DNA from: an uncultured bacterium
GTDB taxonomy: Bacteria; Auribacterota; Erginobacteria; Erginobacterales; Erginobacteraceae
DNA length: 64,000 nt
Direction: 5' to 3'
Assembly (NCBI GenBank): GCA_963822585.1
Contig: CAWGIE010000010.1
Location: 96,001 to 160,000 of the forward strand
Shown: positions 1-8,925 of the stretch, piece after piece
Position numbering within the stretch: position 1 is the first letter of the stretch
Layout: each line of letters begins with the position of its first letter
Made by a program: the position numbers and the translations under genes
The notes under the pieces: model-generated
The model's input: the letters and a program-made list of their open reading frames with translations, nothing else
What the model was told of the DNA's origin: nothing
Database searches by the model: none

Positions 1-324
1 CATGCCGCCGCTCCGGAAACAAGGAAAGGCCTTTCAGATGAAGAAAAAAACCTCACCCTAGAACGTCTAAAGAAATGCCATCAAATAATCTATCGTGTTA
101 CCTCTTTTATTTCTGGCCAACTTCTTTGGGAATCAGGTTTAGGTGGCTTGCCTATCCCTCAATATGATCATCTTGTAAATCTTGATAAGCAATGGGCGAG
201 TCAAAGAACATTAAAGAAAGCCCGCAAATATGGGCAAATTTTCAAAAAGAGATTTCTGGATGGGAGACACCTGAACTTTGGCCACCTGGCTTCAAGGTTG
301 ATCGGGGAGAGTCGTTATAACTAG
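1..324 (+). CDS. 3' part of a hypothetical protein (possibly HEPN/AbiU2-like), probably frameshifted near 230
   Basis: Frame 1 is open from base 1 to TAG at 322-324 (HAAAPETRKGLSDEEKNLTLERLKKCHQIIYRV...). One extra T at ~231 would give the tail KYWANFQKEISGWETPELWPPGF. Family guess is weak. Confidence 0.45.
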   Translation, partial: HAAAPETRKGLSDEEKNLTLERLKKCHQIIYRVTSFISGQLLWESGLGGLPIPQYDHLVNLDKQWASQRTLKKARKYGQIFKKRFLDGRHLNFGHLASRLIGESRYN

Positions 325-395
325 TGAACTCAACCGATTTCTCCCGCATCGATTTAATAATAAACTAGAAAATAAGAGTGAGAGGGAATGAATTC

Positions 396-1419
396 ATGAA
401 TGAAACTTTTAAAGATTCTAGCTTTTTGATTAACGAAAGCCGGAACTGGATAAATGACGGCAAGTTTAAAGTGGTTCTTTCTCCGCAATCAGCTCAAGTT
501 ATTTATTCTGGCTTAAAAAAGATAGAGCTCTTTCTCTCAGAGATTCTCCAGCAGATTGAAGATTTAGGAGATGAGCATCCTGATGTCCGGGAAGACCTAA
601 TAAGAAGACACTTCGATGATCGATTACTATAATGCGAATAACCAGTCGTTAGATGAAGATTTCGCAAGCGTAAGAAGCCTGAGTTAACTCAAAGCCGCTG
701 CAATTGCCGAAATTATAGAACTTGAAAAAAGAAGGCGTCAGACTACTCCAGAACTTGTTAATGAGGCGCTAAACACTAAAATTAAAGCTATTGTTGATAG
801 TCTTAGCGATCAAATTTTTCTAGATGTCCAACCTCCATCTTGGCTTAAAGATTATTTTACGCAAGCAATAGGTGTGAGAGGAACGCAGCCCAAGAAAGCC
901 GTAGTTAAATCTGGCAGAAAATGCTTTCTCTCTTCTACATGTTTTGATCTGCGTGATATGAGGGAAAGTATTGCATCTTTCTTAGCGGATAGAGGGATTG
1001 AGGTCATCAGAAGCGAGGATGTAAATTTCTCAGACGGTACTCAAATACATCCTCACGATGTATGCCTTTCCAAGATAAATGAAGCCAATGAGTTCCTGCT
1101 TATTATTGACCGTGAAGCTGGAGACAACTACAAGGGAAGTGAGGCCGAGTATCAAGGATTAACTATAACTCATGCGGAGCTTAGGAGAGCCCTCAAAGAA
1201 CCGAAAATAAAAGTGCACTGTTTCATTAGCATAGAAGTTTTGAACTACTATAAGTGCTGGGATCTGAATGGTAAAGCAGACGGATTCCAGACTGGTCGTA
1301 TCGATAAGAAAATATTTGAAGTTTTAGATTTCATAACTGACTCTGGAAAAATATATAGAAATACTTTCCTACATGTAGAGGACCTTAAAGAGAAAATCAA
1401 GCAGCGGTTTGAACTCTAA
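396..1419 (+). pseudogene. Disrupted gene: N-terminal unknown domain plus C-terminal DUF4062 domain
   Basis: ORF 378/396-632 joins frame 1 through a 1-nt indel at ~600. Frame 1 has one TAA (685-687), then runs open into 874-1419 with DUF4062-type motifs (FLSSTCFDLRDMRE, CLSKINEANEFLLII, ITHAELRRA). Confidence 0.65.
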
Positions 1420-1547
1420 TAATCTATTTCAATGAGGAAGCGCGGCCCGCGGCCAGCATAGCTGTCACGGGCCTTGCAGCTATACAGTGTTTCATCCGGA
1501 TTTGATACTCCCTTGATAAGACACCAACGTTTAATCCCCCCACCGGC

Positions 1548-1966
1548 TTTCAGTCGGCCCCAACCACACCCACCACAGCCGACTGAAACCCTCTGCCCCC
1601 CACTTCAATACACCGCCGCGCCGCACAAGAAACCGCGCGGCGCAGCTCCCCTTTTGGTGTAGTCCAGGTCTTCAGGTTGCCAAAGGTTATCTCCGCTTCC
1701 TCCCCCCCACACGGTTTCAGATCGTGCGCCTCTACCACACCCACCACTGGCCCGGACTGAAACCGTCCCCCGGCCACCACCGGTTTCAGACCAGGCGCCT
1801 CTACCTCACCCACCACAGGCCTGGACTGAAACCGCTCCCCCGGCCCCCCGCATTTCAGACCGGCCCCTCAACCACGCCCCCAACTGGCCGGACTGAAATA
1901 GCGCCCCCTGTCTCCCCGCGTTTCTGTCCCGCCGCCCCTACCACACCCACCACCCGGGACAGAAAC
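1548..1966. repeat. Array of five imperfect hairpins, ~70-bp period for units 2-5
   Basis: Stems TTTCAG(T/A)CC..GGACTGAAA around a C/A-rich loop (C(T/A)ACCACACCCACCAC) at ~1548, 1711, 1781, 1852 and 1920. Confidence 0.85.
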
Positions 1967-2413
1967 CGCCGCCCCCGCCTCCGCGCCTCTCCCCCTATTT
2001 GGTGCCCCGCCGGTCGACGATCCCCGGCCTCCGGCCGGGTCCGCGACCGGCTACGCTCTCCGGACAATTCGGAAGTTCTCCGGAGTGCCCAAGCCTTTTG
2101 CTTCTTCCCATACACCGGCCTGTCATGCTTCTTGCTTTTAGCCTTGCCCTTCGGGCATCCCTCCGGCGATTCAAAACTCGCTGCGGAGGGCCAGGCTAAC
2201 TTCCTCCGCTCCGCTTCGGAAGATAGCCTTAAAAACCGGCCCTCCGCTTTTCGCTCGTTTTCAATCGCCTCCGGGAACGGCTGCAAGAAGCACGCCAGGC
2301 CTCGTCTTCCGCGCGGTTTGGACGTCATTTCCCCGGGTCAACACTATAAATGGGGAAAGGCCCCCACTCGCTCAGGCGACTACTCCGCTCCGCTTTTCTC
2401 CCCCCGGCCGGCT

Positions 2414-2749
2414 CCGGCCCATCTTCAACAGCTCAAAAAAAGCGGCCATCAGACCGAAAAAAGCATTCGGACTGATGGCCTTTTCGCTGTTTCATCCGGG
2501 CTCGCTCCCGAGATTCTGCGGTGCTCGGCGACGTTAACACGTCGTCTCCGTTCCTCGAAACTCGGTCGCTCTCCGCCGGCCCTCGGCGGCTTCGTTCCGG
2601 CCCGCTCTCGCTTCGCTCGGCTGACGGCAGTCACCTTCGGCTGCTCCTTCTGCGACTGCCGACAGCACCGCGGGTCTCCGCTTCGCCGCCTTCCCCCCGC
2701 GAAAGCTCCGCGGAGTCCACCCCGATAAAATCGGGGTGCCGCCTTCGCT
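2414..2749. repeat. GC-rich palindromic non-coding segment, duplicated at 8377-8602
   Basis: Near-identical sequence (caacagctcaaaaaaagcggccatcagaccg...ccccgataaaatcggggtgccgcc). The second copy lacks ~110 bp. Confidence 0.9.
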
Positions 2750-3009
2750 AGCCGCCCCCTTTCCCCCTCTTTCGCCTTCGGCGAAATTCACCCCTTTTCT
2801 CCTCCCCCTGACCCATAATCCCCTTACCTCCAGGCTTCGGCTTCACCGTGGCTTGCGCCACTCCTCGGGGCTCGTTCGGTCGGCCGTAGCTGCTCCGGGG
2901 TTCGGCATGGCTCGGAGCTAAAGCTCCTCGCCACCGGGCAACCGGCGGTCGGCAAGCCTCGTGCCAGGGGACCCAATTTCCCTTTCTGTCACTCGGCTTG
3001 CGAGACCGC

Positions 3010-3102
3010 CTTTCTGATAATGGGCCCATTATCAGAACTTGCCCTTGCCTCACCCCTCCGCTTCGCCCTGCGGGTTTACATAACGTAAACGTTATGTAAA
3101 CT
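3010..3102. other. Two dif/cer-like (tyrosine-recombinase-type) palindromic sites
   Basis: CTTTCTGATAA-TGGGCCCA-TTATCAGAACT (3010-3039) and GGTTTACATAA-CGTAAACG-TTATGTAAACT (3073-3102), both 11-8-11. Confidence 0.5.
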
Positions 3103-3325
3103 ATGCCTTCCTCACGCGCCCCTCGCGCGGGCCTGCGGCCCGCGTTCAGCCTCAGCCTTTCCCCTCTTTTTCCTTTACCTCGCCCTCTTGTTTCCCCTAT
3201 CCCCTGGATGCCTTGGGCCACCTTCGCTGGCCCAAATCCTAACTTGCTCCATCCCCGTTTTACCTTTCCTCTATCCCTAGGTTTTAGTAAGATTCTGAGT
3301 GAAGATCATACCGGGCTCAGAAAAC

Positions 3326-4792
3326 ATGAAACCTTATCTGATATTTGTCAGCAGCACCCAAAAAGAATTGCAGAAAGAACGGATAGCCGTCCGAGAGTTC
3401 ATCCGAAAGAGTGATCTTCTGGATGATTATTTTGACGTATTTCTTTTTGAGAAAACCCCAGCGCGGGACAAAGCTGCTGAGCGGGAATATCTGAAAAAAG
3501 TCGAAAAGTGTGACATTTATCTCGGCATTCTTGGGAACGAATACGGAGTTCCAGGCACCGATGGATTATCTCCTGTTGAAAGGGAGTTTTGCCGAGCTAC
3601 CGAGAAAGGAAAAGAGAGGCTCATCTATATAAAAGGCAAAGCTGATTCTGGGCGTGAAGAAAAGATGCGGTCCTTCATCAAGCGGATAAGCGCGAAGCTT
3701 ATTAGGAAAAGATTTAAAGATACTGCTGAACTTTTGGAAGAAGTTAATCGGAGCCTTATCGATTTTTTAAAAGATCGGGGTCACATATCAACAGAACCTT
3801 TCGATACTTTATTATGCCTAGATGCAAGTTACGAAGATATAAATGAGAAACTGGTAAAGGCTTTCTTAGCCAACCGGGCAAAAAAGCGCAAGAGCCCCGC
3901 CCTGAAAACTTCGGTCAAGGATTTCCTCTTAAAAACAATCCGAGTAATAAAAGATAAAGATGGTTCACTCAAACCCGCTAACGTTGCCTTGTTGTTTTTC
4001 AGCGATCATCCTCAAAAATTTATCCCCCAGAGTAGTATCAAGGTAGCCAGATTTAAAGGGATCACCAGGGTTAAATTTCTTGATTCTCAAGAAATCCAGG
4101 GAGACATCTATAAAATCCTTGCTGAAGTCGGCGGATTTATTGAAAGAAACACCCGGCTGGCAAGTAAAATTGTGGGATTCAAAAGAGTCGATATCCCTGA
4201 GTATCCTCATGAAGCCATTCGGGAAGCGGTAATCAATGCCATTGCTCATCGTGATTACTTCCGAACCGGCTCCCATGTCCAAATTGACATTTTTGATGAC
4301 CGGATTGAAGTAACCAACCCTGGGGGGCTTTTACCTGGCCTGGATATCAATAAATTAGAAGGTGTCCATGAAACCAGGAATAGAAAGATTTGCAGTATCT
4401 TCCATGAAACACACGACATGGAAAAATACGGAACCGGCATAGCAAAGATGAATCTTTCAATGAAGGAGCATGGCTTGAACCCTCCTGTTCTGAGCCAGCC
4501 GGGAGGTTTCTTCCGAGTAACATTTTATAGCCCGGGTGAGAACATTTTGGATTTGGTGTCAAATATACCGGATGAGCAACAGGTGGATCTGAGACGCATA
4601 GGCCTGAACCGGAGACAAATTGAAGCATTGACAATGATGATCAATGAAGGTGCCGTAATTACCAATAGAGAATACAGAGATTTATTCAAAGTTAGCAACA
4701 AGACTGCCGCTACAGATCTCAGTGCTCTGGTAAAGAAGGATTTGGCAACCAGTAGGGGTAGAGGAAGAAACGTGAGCTACTTCTGCCGCTGA
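3326..4792 (+). CDS. DUF4062 + RecG-C/HATPase_c_4-type ATP-binding domain + C-terminal wHTH protein
   Basis: IFVSSTQKELQKER and YLGILGNEYG (DUF4062); EYPHEAIREAVINAIAHRDY, DDRIEVTNPGGL, EKYGTGI; ITNREYRDLFKVSNKTAATDL HTH. Confidence 0.85.
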   Translation: MKPYLIFVSSTQKELQKERIAVREFIRKSDLLDDYFDVFLFEKTPARDKAAEREYLKKVEKCDIYLGILGNEYGVPGTDGLSPVEREFCRATEKGKERLIYIKGKADSGREEKMRSFIKRISAKLIRKRFKDTAELLEEVNRSLIDFLKDRGHISTEPFDTLLCLDASYEDINEKLVKAFLANRAKKRKSPALKTSVKDFLLKTIRVIKDKDGSLKPANVALLFFSDHPQKFIPQSSIKVARFKGITRVKFLDSQEIQGDIYKILAEVGGFIERNTRLASKIVGFKRVDIPEYPHEAIREAVINAIAHRDYFRTGSHVQIDIFDDRIEVTNPGGLLPGLDINKLEGVHETRNRKICSIFHETHDMEKYGTGIAKMNLSMKEHGLNPPVLSQPGGFFRVTFYSPGENILDLVSNIPDEQQVDLRRIGLNRRQIEALTMMINEGAVITNREYRDLFKVSNKTAATDLSALVKKDLATSRGRGRNVSYFCR

Positions 4793-4794
4793 TG

Positions 4795-4888
4795 CGCAAT
4801 TACACGATTATCAGAGATATTTCACGGTAACTACACGATTACGCAATTACACGATTATCAGAGATATTTCACGGTAACTACACGATTA
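4795..4888. repeat. Perfect 47-bp tandem duplication
   Basis: cgcaattacacgattatcagagatatttcacggtaactacacgatta twice; TACACGATTA occurs four times. Confidence 0.95.
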
Positions 4889-5000
4889 CGCAAAAAAGCT
4901 CATCTCAAAGCGGAGTGGGACCGGAGAGGGTCCCATAATTACAGAAAAACCCAGCACCATCGTTTGATGATGCTGGGTTTTTTTTAAGCCCGGATCAGGC

Positions 5001-5225
5001 CTTTTAGCTGGGCGGCATGAAGGGCGGATCGGGCGGGGTACCGGCGTTCCGCCTTCGCCCTTCGGCAAGCTCAGGGCTACGGCGGACAAGTCGATCGATC
5101 AGATATTTTTATTAAATTGGAGTAATGGAGTAGTGGAATATTGGAATATTGGATACCCCCTCATCCTAACCTTCTCCCTCGATGGGGAGAAGGAATATCG
5201 GCGACAGAACATCGATAGATGCATC
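5001..5225 (+). repeat. 225-bp direct repeat, copy 1 (copy 2 at 6622-6846)
   Basis: cttttagctgggcggcatgaaggg...catcgatagatgcatc, few mismatches between copies. Confidence 0.95.
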
Positions 5226-5372
5226 TCAGGTATCCCAGTTAGCCTGATCCTCCGCCTTATACGCGGCAACCGCGGTGGTGAAATAACCCCTGATCGTTTG
5301 CTGGGCGGTGATATTCGGGTCGGCGGGGATAACGTACTTCCTTAAAATTTTCCGGAGGAAAATTTTATTGCA

Positions 5373-6476
5373 TTATTCTTTGAGCCCCGACTCCAGCAGT
5401 CTCGCCCGGGCCTGGACCAGAGCATCGTGAAGTTTCTTGCGCAGCAAAGGTTGGGACGGCAATTCCGTCATATAGGCGGCGACTCGGATGCCGCTTTTAC
5501 TCAGTTGCAATAGCTCAATATGCTCTTCGGACTTGCCCGCGCACAAGATCAATCCCAGAGGGGATTCTTCACCAGGTTGACGATCATATTTCTCCAGCCA
5601 GCGAAGATATAATTCCATCTGCCCTTTATCGGCCGCCCGGAATTTTCCCAGCTTAAGATCAATGGCAAGCAGACGTTTCAGTTTCCGGTGGAAGAAAAGC
5701 AGATCGATGTAGTAATCCTCGTTGTCCACGGTTATCCGTTTCTGGCGCGCTACAAAACTGAATCCCACTCCCAGTTCCAGGATAAACGATTCGATCTCAC
5801 GCAGGATGGCGTCTTCCAAATCCTTTTCCAGATATCGATCCTTAAGTCCCAGGAAATCGAGCAGATACGGATCTTTAAAGACCAGGTCCGGCGTCAACCT
5901 GTCTTCGTTCCGCAATGCTTTCAGTTCCTGCCGGATGAGTTCATCGGGCTTTCGCGACAATGCCGTGCGTTCGTAGAGCATGGAATCGATTTTCCGCCGG
6001 AGGGTGCGAACGCTCCAACGTTCAATCCGGCACATTTCACTATAGAACTCGCGCTGAAGATTATCTTCAATAGGAAGGATTTCAATAAAATGGCTCCAGC
6101 TTAATTGTGCAGACAGTGTCTGCACTATCTTTGAATCTGTAAACCTTTCATTGAATCGGATCATGTTAAACAAATTGCGTTTACTGAATCCCCGCCCAAA
6201 ATCATTGGTCAATTGTCTCGACAGTGCCGAGACGATTTCTTCGCCGTATCCAGCCCGCTTTTTTTTGAGAATATCTACCCGAATTCGCTGACCGATTTTC
6301 CAGTAGAGATCAACCAGAGCGGTATTAACCGTCCTGGCTATGTCCCAGCGTGATTCCTCGATCATCGTGCGCAGATCCCGAACCAGACCATCAGGTATGG
6401 CAATTGGTTTCATCGGATGAGTCTTATCAAGATGAACAAGCGGTTTGTTATCTTGTGATTTCTTACTCATGATCAT
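5373..6476 (-). CDS. DUF1016/YhcG-family PDDEXK nuclease
   Basis: LYWKIGQRI, LSWSHF, WSVRTL, FKDPYLLDFLGL, YIDLLFFHRKLKRLLAIDLKLG, GQMELYL. Confidence 0.93.
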   Translation of the reverse strand: MIMSKKSQDNKPLVHLDKTHPMKPIAIPDGLVRDLRTMIEESRWDIARTVNTALVDLYWKIGQRIRVDILKKKRAGYGEEIVSALSRQLTNDFGRGFSKRNLFNMIRFNERFTDSKIVQTLSAQLSWSHFIEILPIEDNLQREFYSEMCRIERWSVRTLRRKIDSMLYERTALSRKPDELIRQELKALRNEDRLTPDLVFKDPYLLDFLGLKDRYLEKDLEDAILREIESFILELGVGFSFVARQKRITVDNEDYYIDLLFFHRKLKRLLAIDLKLGKFRAADKGQMELYLRWLEKYDRQPGEESPLGLILCAGKSEEHIELLQLSKSGIRVAAYMTELPSQPLLRKKLHDALVQARARLLESGLKE

Positions 6477-6621
6477 TCAAAAGAGGGATTATACCTTCCA
6501 GATATTAGTCGGATGGGGAGGAGATTTTATTCCCGAAATTTAGAAAAAAATTTTCGGGGGAAAATTTTCGCCCGAAAAGGATCGGAAACCTGAAGGGAGG
6601 ACTTTATCTTCCGGCCGTCGG

Positions 6622-6846
6622 CTTTTAGCTGGGCGGCATGAAGGGCGGGTCGGGCGGGGTCCCGGCGTTCCGCCTTCGCCCTTCGGCAAGCTCAGGGCTA
6701 CGGCGGACAAGTCGATCGATCAGGTACTTTTATTAAATTGGAGTAATGGAGTAGTGGAATATTGGAATATTGGATACCCCCTCATCCTAACCTTCTCCCC
6801 CGATGGGGAGAAGGAATATTGGCGACAGAACATCGATAGATGCATC
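6622..6846 (+). repeat. 225-bp direct repeat, copy 2
   Basis: Matches 5001-5225. Confidence 0.95.
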
Positions 6847-6847
6847 C

Positions 6848-6996
6848 TGCGGATTTCGGAGTAAAGTGGACACCCAAATCGGTTTAACGTGGACACTGAA
6901 ATTGGAGCAAAGTGGACACCGAAATCGGAGCAAAGTGGACAGTGATTCCGGGGCAAAGTGGACACTTTTTTCGTGATTTCCGGAATGGGTGCCCCC
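6848..6996 (+). mobile_element. Orphan IS21-family-like terminal end with multiple internal repeats
   Basis: Starts TGCGGATTTCGG, then five ~23-bp spaced AA(A/C)GTGGACA units. No istA/istB follows. Confidence 0.7.
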
Positions 6997-7065
6997 GCGC
7001 GCCCGGTCCGCTCGATGACGGGCAATTCCCAAGCTTAATTGCGGTTGGCTGAGAATTCAGGGTGC

Positions 7066-8124
7066 TCAAAAGACGTACTCCAGCATAAGCGAAAGGCTGG
7101 CCTGCCTCGACCAGACCTTGACCCCGTGGTGATAGGTGTAATCTATTTCCAACGCCTCGTTGAGCAGGCGATGGGAGCCGGTGGTGGACAACCACAGATA
7201 ATCGAACTCCAGGCTGAGGAGGATATTTTCCGACAGCCCGGCCTTGAACCCGACATAGCTATGCCAGGCCTGACCGTATGTATGTTCATAGGTCAACCGC
7301 CTGCCAACCCTGAGCAGGTGCTGATCTTCATTTTCTCCCTCTACATAAGCCCAATCCAGCTGTATGGCCAGGTGGCAACGGGGCAGGGGAATATAACCCG
7401 TCAGGTCGAGGTCGTCTTTCAACCCGATGAAATAGTGCCGGTAGGTCTGATCAAACCGGATACAGTCCCCTGGCAGGGGCTCGGGCAATTCACCCTGTTG
7501 GTACTGAACGCCGTCGTGGGCGACCAGCCGGAAGCGCTGCCAGCGAAATCCGATGATCGGTCGAAGGTCCAGACGCGAGGGGAGTCCGAGCCAGTCCGAG
7601 ACCTTCAAATCCGCATCGGCCCTGATCATGTAGCTGGGCTCCATTCGACAGTCGGATTCGGAATAGATGGTTCGCTGGTCGGGGTTTTCGTCATCGTCCC
7701 AGTCCGAATCGGTCATCTTCCCGTCGACCTCTGAAGAGAGGCTTGTTAACGCCTCCAGCCCCAGCGAGAACCTGAGGTAGCTGGCTCTCATCTCTACCCC
7801 GCCCCACCAGGAGTCCAAGGGGAATTCCAGTCGGCTCAGAGGGGTTTGGTAGGGGGGAAAGGGATTCCCGAACTCGTAGGAGGTATGGCTGTCGAGCAGC
7901 CGATTGACCTTGAGCCCTATGGACCAGTGGTCCGGCAGGAAAGGCGTTCTTTCCTTCTCCGTCTCCCCGGAGGTTACTCCTAAGGCGGACCCGGCCGGGA
8001 GGAGCAGGGTCACCGCGATTCCGGCAAACAGCCAGCTTCGGCCAGGATTACCCCGTCTCTTCGGTCTTGGAGAGGGGCCCGTTGTTGCCGGGGAAAAAAC
8101 CGGCTCAGAAGCATAGCGTCTCAT
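7066..8124 (-). CDS. Omptin-family outer-membrane protease
   Basis: PLSRLEFPLD, KMTDSDWDD (DxD), NEDQHLLR (DxH), terminal Phe, hydrophobic N-terminal segment. Start uncertain. Confidence 0.8.
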   Translation of the reverse strand: MRRYASEPVFSPATTGPSPRPKRRGNPGRSWLFAGIAVTLLLPAGSALGVTSGETEKERTPFLPDHWSIGLKVNRLLDSHTSYEFGNPFPPYQTPLSRLEFPLDSWWGGVEMRASYLRFSLGLEALTSLSSEVDGKMTDSDWDDDENPDQRTIYSESDCRMEPSYMIRADADLKVSDWLGLPSRLDLRPIIGFRWQRFRLVAHDGVQYQQGELPEPLPGDCIRFDQTYRHYFIGLKDDLDLTGYIPLPRCHLAIQLDWAYVEGENEDQHLLRVGRRLTYEHTYGQAWHSYVGFKAGLSENILLSLEFDYLWLSTTGSHRLLNEALEIDYTYHHGVKVWSRQASLSLMLEYVF

Positions 8125-8376
8125 CTCAATCCCAAGGTAAGCTCTCAATCCGTCATACCCAGCGCACACAAGCCTTGTCCGGCCCATACTTTTCGTTGGG
8201 GCCGTTTTCCCAGTTCGGTATATTGTCCTAACAACCAGTTAATGAGACCAAGATTATAGAAGAAAGGGGTAACACTTTACAAACGAGGTTTTCGGAAAAA
8301 ACCTTAAGGAGTGTTACCCATGAAGAAGGCCAAAAAGAAAAAAAGGAATGGTTGTTCCCCGCCCCCCCGGGGGGCG

Positions 8377-8602
8377 CCGGCCCGTTTTCAACAGCTCAAA
8401 AAAAGCGGCCATCAGACCGAGAAAAACACTCGGACTGATGGCCTTTTCGCTGTTTCATCCGGGCTCGCTCCCGAGATTCCGCGGTGCTCGGCGACGTTGA
8501 CACGTCGTCTCCGCTCCTCGAAACTCGGTCGCTCTCCGCCGCCTTCCCCCCGCGAAAGCTCCGCGGAGTCTACCCCGATAAAATCGGGGTGCCGCCTGCG
8601 CT
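8377..8602. repeat. Internally deleted copy of 2414-2749
   Basis: Direct comparison; deletion falls at a CGCCG microhomology. Confidence 0.9.
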
Positions 8603-8925
8603 CGCATGAGAAAGCTGAGGTCTACCATCCGCAAGTATCTCGCCAGCTATGGTATACTCCGCCCGCTTCTACCGGCAAGGGATGCTGGGCGTCAAAGAAA
8701 TGGATTTGAAGACTGAACCAGTCATGGGCATAACCCGCCTGCCTCCGCGCCGCATAAGAAACCGCGCGGCGCAGCTGCTCTTCTGGTATAGTGCAAGTCT
8801 TTCGGTTGCCCCAGGTTATCGAACAGGACGTATATGATCTATGCCGTGATGAGGTTGAGAACAGTATCACCCGTGGAGAAGCGGGTTTCTTGAGAAAAAT
8901 CCATCTACAGGGCTGTAATGGTTAA

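Noticed and set aside
1724..3414. Long ORFs in the GC-rich tract (e.g. 1724-2728, 1855-2328, 2748-3221)
   Set aside because: Low-complexity translations of palindromic DNA with no recognisable motifs.
6848..6996. Possible CRISPR array or iterons
   Set aside because: Units are contiguous ~23-mers without unique spacers, there are no cas genes, and the pattern fits an IS21 end.
8791..8925. PEARL precursor peptide
   Set aside because: No clear RBS, partly overlaps a repeated non-coding piece, and lacks scaffold-like features; may be a gene remnant.
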